DNA of 64,000 nt from the IMG/VR virus record IMGVR_UViG_3300029998_000597; one strand, 5' to 3'. This document shows, piece by piece, positions 49,822 through 58,635 of this stretch (position 1 is its first letter; each line of letters starts with the position of its first letter). The DNA is from a virus (lineage: Duplodnaviria > Caudoviricetes). A program made the translations under genes and the position numbers. The notes under the pieces were generated by a model. It worked only from the letters and a program-made list of their open reading frames with translations. It did not search any database and had not been told where the DNA came from.

Positions 49822-51116
49822 GAAAAACGAATATAAATACGAAAGCCCTTTAAATAAAGGATATGTACAATTTAAATTAAGTGATCACATATAAATATAA
49901 ACTATATAATAATGTCAAATGGAATATAAAACTCCATGATCTGTGCAGAAGCTCCGCTTTTGTTTGGAATCATTGTCTTGCTCTTCAAAAACGATATTAT
50001 AGTTTATATGGATCTTATATTAACTCATCTAAAATGCAATCCCATTTTGCAAAGAAGATTGTCCCTAAAAACGATTTTCTTAAATTAATGGGGTCGCAGA
50101 CCATACAGGAAATCATACAAAGATTAGATACTTCTTATGTTCGTTTTTTTAAAAAGAAACAGAAAAGACCACCTAAATTTAAATCTGGTTTCAGTTTCTC
50201 TTCCTTTGTTTTTAAACAAGGTGGATACCTGTTGACAGAAAATAAACTTTACATTAATAAACTTAAACATAGTTTTAAGTTCTTTAAATCGAGAGATTAT
50301 GGAACTCCTAAACTAATTAGACTTAAACGTGATAAACTAGGTGACTTTTATTTAACCATCACATCAGAAGAAGATGTTAGAAATAAAAATTTTTACTCAA
50401 AGACACACGATGGTGCATCAGTAGGAATTGATTTCGGATTAAAAACATATCTAACGATGTCCGATGGAGAAAGTAGTATTTCCCCTTTATTCTTTAAAAA
50501 GGATATAAAGAAAATTAAAAAACTACATAATAAACTCTCTTCTAAGGGTAGAGTTAAGACTGGAAAGCAGAAATATAGTACTAAGTGGAAAAAGATGGTC
50601 GATATTACCGTTTTATCTTCAAATGGGAATAAGGCAAGGAAAACCCTTGTCAGAGCCTATAAAAAGATAACAAATCGTCGTTCTGATTATCAGTATAAGC
50701 TTGCTCATGAACTTTGTCGAAAATACGATCTCATTTTTTTAGAAACTCTGAATTTAGATGGAATGAAAAGACTGTGGGGAAGAAAAGTTAGTGACCTTTG
50801 TCACGCTTCATTTATTTATATATTAAAAGAAGTGTCTTTAAAATATAAAAATAATATTTATCAGATAGATCAATGGTACGCTTCTTCAAAAACTTGTAGT
50901 GAATGTGGAAACAAGCATAAAGGACTTAGATTAGAAGATAGAACTTTCATCTGTCCATCCTGCGGAGTGGAGATAGATAGGGATTTAAATGCAGCAATAA
51001 ATATACATCGACAGGGCTTTGTCGAATACCTTAGTAGTTGTAAGACCCCCAGCTTGCTGGTGGCAAACTGCGCCTGACGGTAGAATTCCACTGATTTATC
51101 TGTGGGAGTAAGTCAA
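49822..51116 (+). mobile_element. tnpB-only IS200/IS605-family element (IS608-like ends)
   Basis: Left: TTAC (49818-21), AAAG (49842-45) then hairpin. Right: GAAT (51083-86), TTCCAC/GTGGGA hairpin, terminal TCAA (51113-16). No tnpA. Confidence 0.75.
49881..51077 (+). CDS. tnpB: RNA-guided endonuclease TnpB
   Basis: GIDFGLK, IFLETL, CSECG/CPSCG zinc ribbon, DRDLNAAINI; RuvC D/E/D intact. Confidence 0.95.
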   Translation: MITYKYKLYNNVKWNIKLHDLCRSSAFVWNHCLALQKRYYSLYGSYINSSKMQSHFAKKIVPKNDFLKLMGSQTIQEIIQRLDTSYVRFFKKKQKRPPKFKSGFSFSSFVFKQGGYLLTENKLYINKLKHSFKFFKSRDYGTPKLIRLKRDKLGDFYLTITSEEDVRNKNFYSKTHDGASVGIDFGLKTYLTMSDGESSISPLFFKKDIKKIKKLHNKLSSKGRVKTGKQKYSTKWKKMVDITVLSSNGNKARKTLVRAYKKITNRRSDYQYKLAHELCRKYDLIFLETLNLDGMKRLWGRKVSDLCHASFIYILKEVSLKYKNNIYQIDQWYASSKTCSECGNKHKGLRLEDRTFICPSCGVEIDRDLNAAINIHRQGFVEYLSSCKTPSLLVANCA

Positions 51117-51136
51117 TTAGGTTATATCATCAAAAA
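50950..51136 (+). ncRNA. Predicted TnpB omegaRNA/reRNA plus about 20-nt guide
   Basis: By family rule the scaffold overlaps the tnpB 3' end up to TCAA; guide = TTAGGTTATATCATCAAAAA. The 5' boundary is approximate. Confidence 0.55.
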
Positions 51137-51219
51137 GATAGGGGTTCATTTATTTCAGATAGTATTAGCTGTAAATCAGAAAAATATACTCAAATAATGG
51201 AAATAATAACAAAAAATAG

Positions 51220-51345
51220 ATGAATAAAACTAAACAAATAATACCAAATCCTGATATTGAATATATCTTTTATAGAAATGGTGCATCAAATGATATTGAA
51301 ATAAAGAAAATTTTAGATAATGAATTTAACCAAATAATAAATTAA
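51220..51345 (+). CDS. Hypothetical protein (41 aa)
   Basis: MNKTKQIIPNPDIEYIFYRNG..., ends 5 nt before next gene. Confidence 0.45.
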   Translation: MNKTKQIIPNPDIEYIFYRNGASNDIEIKKILDNEFNQIIN

Positions 51346-51350
51346 AAAAC

Positions 51351-52526
51351 ATGGCTCAACCAATCCCAAAGAAAATTTCTGAAACTCACGAAATACCAGA
51401 AAAAAGCACATACACATTATTTATTGATGGAGATTCGCTTTTACAATTAAGTTGGAATGCCGATACAAAGATAAATACAAAAGGGCAACCATATGGCGGG
51501 GTATTTCAATTTTTACTTCAATTAAAAATTTTATTATCAAAACGCGATTTTGATTTTGCATATGTTGCTTGGGATGAGGGTGTTAGTGGTCAATTAAGAC
51601 ATGATATATATCCAGAATACAAAGAAAATAGGCATAAAAATTTTTCAAATGATAATGTTCATTCAGATTATTATGACCAAATGGATGCATTCGTGAAAAG
51701 AACATTAGAATACAGTAGAAAGAATAAAGAAAAAATTGAATCTAAATTAACAGAGAAAGAAGATTTTCATAGACAGAAAGCAATTTTACAAGCCTATTTA
51801 GAGGAGCTTTTTGTGAGGCAAGTATCAAGTAATAACATAGAAGGAGATGATCATTTAGCGTTTTACTGTTTAAATAAAAAATCGAATGATTTAACTTATC
51901 TTGTAAGCGGAGATATGGACGTATCACAATTAATAAATGAACAAATATGTATATATATTCCGCGATTGAAAAAATTTATATCAACCAAAAATTTCAGTGA
52001 AACATTCGGTTACAATTATAAAAATGTAGCTTTACGGAAAATATTGTGCGGAGATACCAGTGATAACATCAAGGGCGTGAAAGGGTTATCTGAAGATGGG
52101 TTAATGGAAATTATGCCAGAGATAGCCACAAGAGAAGTATATTTATGGGAGGTAATTGCAAGAGCCAAAGAAATCAATCAAAAAAGGGTATCCGAAAAGA
52201 AAAAACCATTTGTAAAATGTTTAAATATTATAAATCAAGAGACAGTTGGAATGCAAGGAAAAAAACTTTTCGAAATCAACGAAAAAATTATAAATTTAAA
52301 AAAACCATTATTGACACCAGATGCTATTGAACAACTAAACAATTTAATGTATTCACCGATAGACCCCGACGGTAGATCATTATCAAATCTATATAAACTT
52401 ATGTTACGCGATGGAATTGACGAACTACTTAACGAAAATAAGTTTGCTTCGTTTTTTTCTACGTTCAACAACTTAAAGAACAATGAGGTAAAAATGTACG
52501 AAAAGTGGGTTAAAGAAAATAATTAA
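51351..52526 (+). CDS. 5'-3' exonuclease (Pol I N-terminal/FEN/T4 RNase H-like)
   Basis: FIDGDSL, VAWD, YPEYKENR, EGDD, SGDMD, GDTSDNIKGVKG. Confidence 0.92.
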   Translation: MAQPIPKKISETHEIPEKSTYTLFIDGDSLLQLSWNADTKINTKGQPYGGVFQFLLQLKILLSKRDFDFAYVAWDEGVSGQLRHDIYPEYKENRHKNFSNDNVHSDYYDQMDAFVKRTLEYSRKNKEKIESKLTEKEDFHRQKAILQAYLEELFVRQVSSNNIEGDDHLAFYCLNKKSNDLTYLVSGDMDVSQLINEQICIYIPRLKKFISTKNFSETFGYNYKNVALRKILCGDTSDNIKGVKGLSEDGLMEIMPEIATREVYLWEVIARAKEINQKRVSEKKKPFVKCLNIINQETVGMQGKKLFEINEKIINLKKPLLTPDAIEQLNNLMYSPIDPDGRSLSNLYKLMLRDGIDELLNENKFASFFSTFNNLKNNEVKMYEKWVKENN

Positions 52527-52537
52527 CTAAATCAGAT

Positions 52538-53320
52538 ATGATAGAAGAAGAAAAAGAATTATTATATTTCAAGGCTTTCATTCGAGTCGTTAAATCAATT
52601 ATTTCAAAAGATGAATATTTTAGTAGTGGATTTGATACGGTTGAAGTTATTAGGGAGCCAATTATAATGGCAAAAGATAAAGCAGAGGTTAAACAAATAT
52701 TATTAGAAAAATACCCACAATTTTTCCCAACTGGGAAGGTTTACGAAAAAGAAACAAAAGATCAGGCTCAATTCTTTTATGTAATCATATTTCCTCTTTA
52801 TGAATATGAAAAAAAGTTAATTACTGAGGGTTCTTGGGTATGTAATAGCTGTGGTCAAATTCATGAAAATAAATATGTTTCAAAACCAAGGATTAGTGAA
52901 AGATTATTCGGTTCAGAAATATTGTTTTGTAGGAGTGATGATGATATTTGTTTAAATAATTATAAGAAAGATAAATATAAAAACATTGAGTTTCCAGACG
53001 ATGAAAACTACATTAAAACTGATTCACCAAATTACATTTACAAGTGTACCGAAAAATCAACCAATAAATGTTATGTAGGTAAAACACGAAACGCACCATT
53101 TTTTAGGTGGTGGAATCATCTAACGCATTCAAGCAGCCCATTTGGAATATACCTCAGATCAACAAAATTAAGTGATTGGACATTTGAAGTTTTAGAGGAA
53201 TTACCATCAAACATAGGTGATAGTGAAATTTTTAAAGTAGAATCAGAATATATACTTAAATATGATAGTATCAGTAATGGTTTTAACTCTGTAATTAGTA
53301 ATAAAAAAGTTTTATTATAG
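52538..53320 (+). CDS. C-terminal GIY-YIG nuclease with central Cys cluster
   Basis: YIYKC..YVGKT..R; CNSC..FC..C. Confidence 0.7.
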   Translation: MIEEEKELLYFKAFIRVVKSIISKDEYFSSGFDTVEVIREPIIMAKDKAEVKQILLEKYPQFFPTGKVYEKETKDQAQFFYVIIFPLYEYEKKLITEGSWVCNSCGQIHENKYVSKPRISERLFGSEILFCRSDDDICLNNYKKDKYKNIEFPDDENYIKTDSPNYIYKCTEKSTNKCYVGKTRNAPFFRWWNHLTHSSSPFGIYLRSTKLSDWTFEVLEELPSNIGDSEIFKVESEYILKYDSISNGFNSVISNKKVLL

Positions 53321-53336
53321 TTTAAGATAAAAATAC

Positions 53337-53367
53337 TTGTTTTATTAAAATATTATTAGTATATTTG
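53337..53367 (+). promoter_or_regulatory. Bacteroidota-type early promoter
   Basis: TTG-N20-TATATTTG. Confidence 0.8.
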
Positions 53368-53392
53368 TTTAAAATAAATTAGGAAAATAAAA

Positions 53393-53581
53393 ATGAAAGA
53401 CCAAACAATAAAATATTTAACTATAAAAGAAGTTGCCAATTTATATGGTGAAAGGATCAACTATAAGTGGTTATCTCCAGATGGATGCGACTGGATAGAC
53501 TCTAAAGGGAAAGTAACTGGAAGTATAATTTGTGAAATTGAAGATGAGACCATTAAAGATTGTTATAAAATAAGCAAATAA
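53393..53581 (+). CDS. Hypothetical protein
   Basis: 62 aa. Confidence 0.65.
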   Translation: MKDQTIKYLTIKEVANLYGERINYKWLSPDGCDWIDSKGKVTGSIICEIEDETIKDCYKISK

Positions 53582-53959
53582 ATGAAAATAATAGAAGGAA
53601 TATCTTATTACCCTATCACATTACACTATTTAATTGAAATAGATAAAACAATCCCAGTAGATAAATACAAGCCAGCATCGTATGATCAGTGGATAATGCT
53701 TAAAGAATTGGAACCAACTAAATTTGGATATGATTACCAACTTTATATTAATCTTAAAGAAAAAGAATTTAATGAAGAAGTAGAATCATTAAAAAACTGT
53801 GCCTTTAAATTAGAAACTATCACGATAGCAATAGACATTAGAGTAGTTGAAACAATTGAAAAACTTAAAAATAAAATAAAAGAAATTGAAACCAACGTTC
53901 TTTTTAATAGATGGTTGAATCCAATCGAAGTTAAGGATTTATTAACTCTACAATTATAA
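53582..53959 (+). CDS. Hypothetical protein
   Basis: 125 aa. Confidence 0.7.
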   Translation: MKIIEGISYYPITLHYLIEIDKTIPVDKYKPASYDQWIMLKELEPTKFGYDYQLYINLKEKEFNEEVESLKNCAFKLETITIAIDIRVVETIEKLKNKIKEIETNVLFNRWLNPIEVKDLLTLQL

Positions 53960-53962
53960 AAT

Positions 53963-54478
53963 ATGAAATACGACGTAATTTACGCAGATCCAGCCTGGCA
54001 GTATAGTTTTTCAAAATCAACAAGTAGATCGATTGAGAAAAATTACCCAACAATGACAGTCGATGAAATATGTGCTTTAAATGTGCCTTCAGCTGATAAT
54101 TCAGTTCTCTATTTGTGGGCAACAGCTCCAAAATTGCTTGAGGCCTTAAAAGTCATAGAAGCCTGGGGATTTACATACAAAACGCAGGCCGTTTGGGATA
54201 AAGAAATAAAAGGTATGGGCTATTGGTTTCGTGGTCAACATGAGATACTAATTGTTGCCACAAAGGGTCATTTTTCACCCCCTGAACCAAGTGTCAGAGA
54301 TAGCAGTGTAATACGCGAGAAACGAACGAAACACAGTAAAAAACCATTAATTGTACGCGAAATGATTGAAAAATGGTTTCCAAACGCTAATAGATTGGAG
54401 ATGTTTGCTCGGACCACAGCTGAAAATTGGAGTTCGTGGGGCAATGAAATTGAAGGAGGGGTTGAAATTGGAGATTAA
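53963..54478 (+). CDS. MT-A70-family adenine methyltransferase
   Basis: YADPAW, LYLWAT, WGFTY, GYWFRGQHE, HSKKP, EMFAR. Confidence 0.92.
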   Translation: MKYDVIYADPAWQYSFSKSTSRSIEKNYPTMTVDEICALNVPSADNSVLYLWATAPKLLEALKVIEAWGFTYKTQAVWDKEIKGMGYWFRGQHEILIVATKGHFSPPEPSVRDSSVIREKRTKHSKKPLIVREMIEKWFPNANRLEMFARTTAENWSSWGNEIEGGVEIGD

Positions 54479-55247
54479 CAAAAACTATAATGAAGATTGT
54501 TTAGAAACAATGTCACACATGTCAAACGAATTTATTGATTTAACAATAACATCGCCACCATATGATAAATTAAGGACATATAATGGATATTGTTTTGATT
54601 TTGAAAATGTAGCTAAAGAATTATATAGAGTTACAAAAGTTGGTGGAGTTGTAGTTTGGATAGTTGGTGATGCAACAATTAAAGGTAGTGAATCTGGAAC
54701 ATCGTTTAAACAGGCATTATACTTTATGCAATGTGGTTTTAATTTGCATGATACAATGATATATGAGAAACCTCCGCGTGGGGCTTGTGGAAATAACAAA
54801 TCGTATTGGCAGGCTTTTGAGTATATGTTTGTATTTTCCAAGGGTAAAATCGGAACCATAAATCTACTTCTCGACAGAGAAAACAAAGAGTCCAGAAATG
54901 GAGACAATGGGACTAAGAGATTAATAGATGGAACTCTTAAACAGGTTTCTCGTGGTGGATATGGTGAGTTTGGCAGAAGAACTAATATATGGAAGTATAA
55001 AGTGGGAAAAGGTAAAAGCAGCTTAGATGAAGTTGCATTTCAACACCCTGCTATTTTCCCAGAACAATTAGCTAACGATCATATAGTCAGTTGGTCTAAC
55101 GAAGGGGATTTAGTCTACGATCCTTTTATGGGAAGTGGAACGACTGCTAAAATGGCAATTAAAAATAATAGAGATTGGATTGGAAGCGAAATATCAAGCG
55201 AATATTGTGATATAATTAATAAACGTATAGAAAAATATGAACAATGA
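54462..55247 (+). CDS. N4C/N6A DNA methyltransferase (beta class)
   Basis: TSPPY, HPAIFP, DPFMGSGTT; start probably TTG 54462 or 54468. Confidence 0.9.
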   Translation: MKLEINKNYNEDCLETMSHMSNEFIDLTITSPPYDKLRTYNGYCFDFENVAKELYRVTKVGGVVVWIVGDATIKGSESGTSFKQALYFMQCGFNLHDTMIYEKPPRGACGNNKSYWQAFEYMFVFSKGKIGTINLLLDRENKESRNGDNGTKRLIDGTLKQVSRGGYGEFGRRTNIWKYKVGKGKSSLDEVAFQHPAIFPEQLANDHIVSWSNEGDLVYDPFMGSGTTAKMAIKNNRDWIGSEISSEYCDIINKRIEKYEQ

Positions 55248-55425
55248 AAACTATTTAGGAAGCCAACAGGCTATTGAAGATGAAATAAACGAACGTTACG
55301 ATGAAATGGAAAGTTATTGTAAACAACAGGAAAATGAATACTTCAAAGAATGTTATCTTGATATGCAAAACGAATACTATAAAGAACAAGAGGAAGAATA
55401 CTATAAATACTTAAAAAATGTATAA
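55237..55425 (+). CDS. Hypothetical acidic protein
   Basis: 62 aa, E/Y-rich. Confidence 0.6.
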   Translation: MNNENYLGSQQAIEDEINERYDEMESYCKQQENEYFKECYLDMQNEYYKEQEEEYYKYLKNV

Positions 55426-55630
55426 CATAGAAGACGAAAATTTATTAGCTTGGTATTATTAAGGGTTTAGAGATAAATCATATGGAAAAACAACAGTAGA
55501 GTCAAATATTGAACTTGAAAATGTAGCTTATAGGTTTGGTGTATCATTATTACTTGGGTCTGAATATATGGGTATTGATGATTTTCCGAATAGTGATGAA
55601 ATTTTAAAATTAATAAAAAATGGAAAATAA
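55418..55630 (+). pseudogene. 70-codon ORF with internal TAA (55460-55462)
   Basis: MYNIEDENLLAWYY*GFRDKSYG...LKLIKNGK*; overlaps both neighbours. Confidence 0.55.
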
Positions 55631-55868
55631 AATAATGGAGTCACTTATCGAAAAGCTAGGTAATTCAAAAGTAACATTCGGATTAAGAGATTCACAAATA
55701 ACATATATTGAAGATGAGTTAAAACGGTTTGGAAGCCGTGAAATTAATGCTAAATATGTTAAATATATTTGGGAAAAGTTAGGTACTGAGTTATACTGGG
55801 AGCCACTTACACTTGCATTAACATATTTTGAATATTTAGATAAAAAAGAACTTATTAAAAAATTTTAA
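55620..55868 (+). CDS. Hypothetical protein
   Basis: 82 aa. Confidence 0.7.
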   Translation: MENKIMESLIEKLGNSKVTFGLRDSQITYIEDELKRFGSREINAKYVKYIWEKLGTELYWEPLTLALTYFEYLDKKELIKKF

Positions 55869-55885
55869 TAAATAAAATACTAATT

Positions 55886-56350
55886 ATGAAACAAGAAATC
55901 ACATATCAATTTAACGGCATAACAATCAATGACCAACATTTTATAAGCTTAAGTGAAATCATCGAAAAATGTAACTTAGAAAAAATTAAGTTAGATAATT
56001 TACGACTTTTAAAAATGGAGTGGAGAGGTTGGAGAGGTTTTAGTGAGGGTATTATTGAAAGAATAGTTTTACCAGCATCAAACATAGAGACAATTTTAAA
56101 ATACATTATAGGGAAAACCATCTATTTTGGTGAAATCGCGGGTAAACATTCGGATGTATATAACACACTTGATGAAAACGATATTGAAATAATTGATGAT
56201 CCAAAAATAATAGTTGATTTTATGAGTAAATATCCAGATGGACACGAATACAACCATTCTTTTCTACATCATTTTAGCGATAAAGCATATGATGAGGTAT
56301 ATGAGGATATGGGTGAAGAACAAATTGTGGAATTTAACAATTGTTATTAA
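55886..56350 (+). CDS. Hypothetical protein
   Basis: 154 aa; IYFGEIAGKHSDV motif. Confidence 0.75.
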   Translation: MKQEITYQFNGITINDQHFISLSEIIEKCNLEKIKLDNLRLLKMEWRGWRGFSEGIIERIVLPASNIETILKYIIGKTIYFGEIAGKHSDVYNTLDENDIEIIDDPKIIVDFMSKYPDGHEYNHSFLHHFSDKAYDEVYEDMGEEQIVEFNNCY

Positions 56351-56358
56351 TTTAAAAT

Positions 56359-56583
56359 ATGGGAAATAAATATGATTATGATAAAACAATTGATTTAGGC
56401 TGGGAAACATTTTTGGAAGATATGAAAGTTTTCCCATATTTGGAGGATACGACTGATGAACATAAATTAAACGTTGAGAATCTTGTCAAATCTTTTGAAG
56501 AATTTGATGTGTGGTATAATAAAGTAATAAAATTAAAATTAGAAAGTGGTCATTCGGATACTTCATTAATAGGTTTAAAATAA
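56359..56583 (+). CDS. Hypothetical protein
   Basis: 74 aa. Confidence 0.65.
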   Translation: MGNKYDYDKTIDLGWETFLEDMKVFPYLEDTTDEHKLNVENLVKSFEEFDVWYNKVIKLKLESGHSDTSLIGLK

Positions 56584-56586
56584 ATT

Positions 56587-56967
56587 ATGAAAACAGTACC
56601 ATTTACAAAAGAAGAGGAAAAATTAATTAGGAAGTGGAGAAGAAAGATTAATTATGGGTTTAACGGAATACCAATATCAGAAAGTCTATTTTTGGCTATC
56701 CATTGTGAAAATATGTATAATAAAATTATTGGTGAAAATCGGAATGATTTTAGTTTATTTTACGAAGTAATATTATCTCTTAAGTTATTATATATGCATT
56801 ATTATTCTAAAGAGCCTAATTTAGAAAAATATTTAGAATTTTTTATACCAAGATATGATTTAGTAAAAGATAAAATAGATCGACCACATTATATTGATAC
56901 AGCTGCTTGCCTGGAATGGGGTTCAGCAGAATTATATTATAATACAGTAATTAAAAAAAATAATTAA
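56587..56967 (+). CDS. Hypothetical protein
   Basis: 126 aa. Confidence 0.7.
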   Translation: MKTVPFTKEEEKLIRKWRRKINYGFNGIPISESLFLAIHCENMYNKIIGENRNDFSLFYEVILSLKLLYMHYYSKEPNLEKYLEFFIPRYDLVKDKIDRPHYIDTAACLEWGSAELYYNTVIKKNN

Positions 56968-57032
56968 ATAGTTTAATATAACCACCAGAACTATATTAAT
57001 AATATAGTTACAGAAACTAATATAAACTAAAT

Positions 57033-57392
57033 ATGAAAAAATGTAAATTAACAATACCACCAGGACAGGAATGGATAGTACTAATCGATGATGAAGAAGC
57101 ATTAGCTAACCCAGGGGAAATATTTTTAACATTTATTAAACCATGTAATGACAAAACATGTTTTAATGAGATAAGTGGATGGATTAATAGTTACTGGCCA
57201 GGATATATATTCAGCAAACGAAAGGAAGGAGTTCCATACAAACGAGACGTTGCTAAAAATGTTCAATTAGAAGATTATGAGACTGAAAATAAGAATAAAA
57301 TAGTTTTTAATAATGCATATTTTAATAATGCTCATAAATTTTCTTTAGATAAACCGATGTTAATAGTATATGATTACTATATTTATATGTAA
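57033..57392 (+). CDS. Hypothetical protein
   Basis: 119 aa. Confidence 0.7.
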   Translation: MKKCKLTIPPGQEWIVLIDDEEALANPGEIFLTFIKPCNDKTCFNEISGWINSYWPGYIFSKRKEGVPYKRDVAKNVQLEDYETENKNKIVFNNAYFNNAHKFSLDKPMLIVYDYYIYM

Positions 57393-57408
57393 AAAATAAA
57401 AATTTTCG

Positions 57409-57418
57409 CTATTTATAA
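57409..57418 (+). promoter_or_regulatory. Putative late promoter
   Basis: CTATTTATAA preceding the structured leader. Confidence 0.5.
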
Positions 57419-57430
57419 TAGAATAATAAA

Positions 57431-58456
57431 ATTGAAACCTTGTGATTGAAAAGCTAACGTATAAAATATTAATTTTGGTGCGTTAAGTTGGGGTGATAAT
57501 CCAACAATTAGTTTTTCAAATAAAATAATAAATAAAAATAATAAGGAAAATGATTACAAATTCCAAAACAATGGGTAATGCTTGTCCAGTCGCATATATT
57601 GCAGCAAATAAGCAGCGGATTAAACAATATGTTAATAATGTTGTTTACCTGAAGAATAAAAACAATTTCGAAATTGAGTTGTTTAATCCAACACAATTCA
57701 AAGTTCTCGCCACGATTGAACTAAATGGGGTTTCAATAGGCTCTGGAATCATTTTAAGGCCAGCAGAGCGAGTTTTTCTTGAAAGGTATATAAATGAACC
57801 TAAAAAGTTTTTATTTGAAACCTATGGGGTAGAAGGTGAAAACAACGAAGTTATTAAAGCAATAGAAAAGAATGGATTGGTAAGGGTTAAATTCTATAAA
57901 GAATCTATTTTCGCACCAAATATTTCTTGGGGTTCTTTCGAAATTCCAGAAAGAATAATATATGGTGGTCCGCACATAGAAGATAATATTACTTGGCTTG
58001 ATGGCTCAAAATTGACAAATTTTAATCCTTTATTTGGCAGTGCGATAACAACAAGTGCCAGTTGTTATTATAATTCAACAGGATATAATGTGGAAATGGG
58101 ATGTCAAGAACCTAACGGTACGTTAACCGTATCAGGTAATTTAATTTTTAATTCATCAACGGGTGGCCAATCAACCAATTCATTACATTCTAAAAAATCA
58201 ATTGAAACTGGGAGGGTTGGAGAAGGTTCTGATTCTGACCAGAGATTTAACACTGTCGATACCAAATTTGAGATGTTTCATACTTGGAGTAGTGAGTGGA
58301 AACTATTACCAGAATCAAGGAAATTGGTGGTAGCCGAAGATTTGGTTCTTTTTTGTTCTGGGTGTGGTCGACGCTTTAAAACAAAAGAACGCTTTTGTCC
58401 ATCCTGTGGATCTAAAAAATAAATAAAATATATATTATCAATTACAAGGTTTAAAT
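57431..58456 (+). repeat. Inverted repeats flanking one gene
   Basis: AAACCTTGTGATTGA (57435-57449) pairs with TCAATTACAAGGTTT (58438-58452), one G-U. Confidence 0.75.
57550..58422 (+). CDS. Hypothetical protein with C-terminal zinc ribbon
   Basis: CSGCG..FCPSCG at C-terminus. Confidence 0.8.
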   Translation: MITNSKTMGNACPVAYIAANKQRIKQYVNNVVYLKNKNNFEIELFNPTQFKVLATIELNGVSIGSGIILRPAERVFLERYINEPKKFLFETYGVEGENNEVIKAIEKNGLVRVKFYKESIFAPNISWGSFEIPERIIYGGPHIEDNITWLDGSKLTNFNPLFGSAITTSASCYYNSTGYNVEMGCQEPNGTLTVSGNLIFNSSTGGQSTNSLHSKKSIETGRVGEGSDSDQRFNTVDTKFEMFHTWSSEWKLLPESRKLVVAEDLVLFCSGCGRRFKTKERFCPSCGSKK

Positions 58457-58464
58457 AAATTAAA

Positions 58465-58510
58465 AAATGGCTACTGAAATATAAAATTTTCGGTAGCCAT
58501 TTATTTTTTT
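58465..58510 (+). terminator. Intrinsic terminator
   Basis: AAATGGCTACTGAAA/TTTCGGTAGCCATTT plus T run. Confidence 0.8.
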
Positions 58511-58635
58511 ATTATTGTTGGTAAAACCCAACGTTAAATATGATTTTTGGTGTTAATGTTGGGTTAAACCAATGTTATTATCAACATATTTGCATTGTTA
58601 TCATATGCTGTGATAATGGTGCAAAAACTATGATA

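Noticed and set aside
49808-49891. GTG-started 28-codon ORF (VNKITKNEYKYESPLNKGYVQFKL...) as the gene split by tnpB
   Set aside because: Mostly lies within the inferred IS left end; probably fortuitous.
52146-52156. 11-nt match (TGGGAGGTAAT) to spacer 2 inside the exonuclease gene
   Set aside because: Too short; flanks do not extend; compatible with chance.
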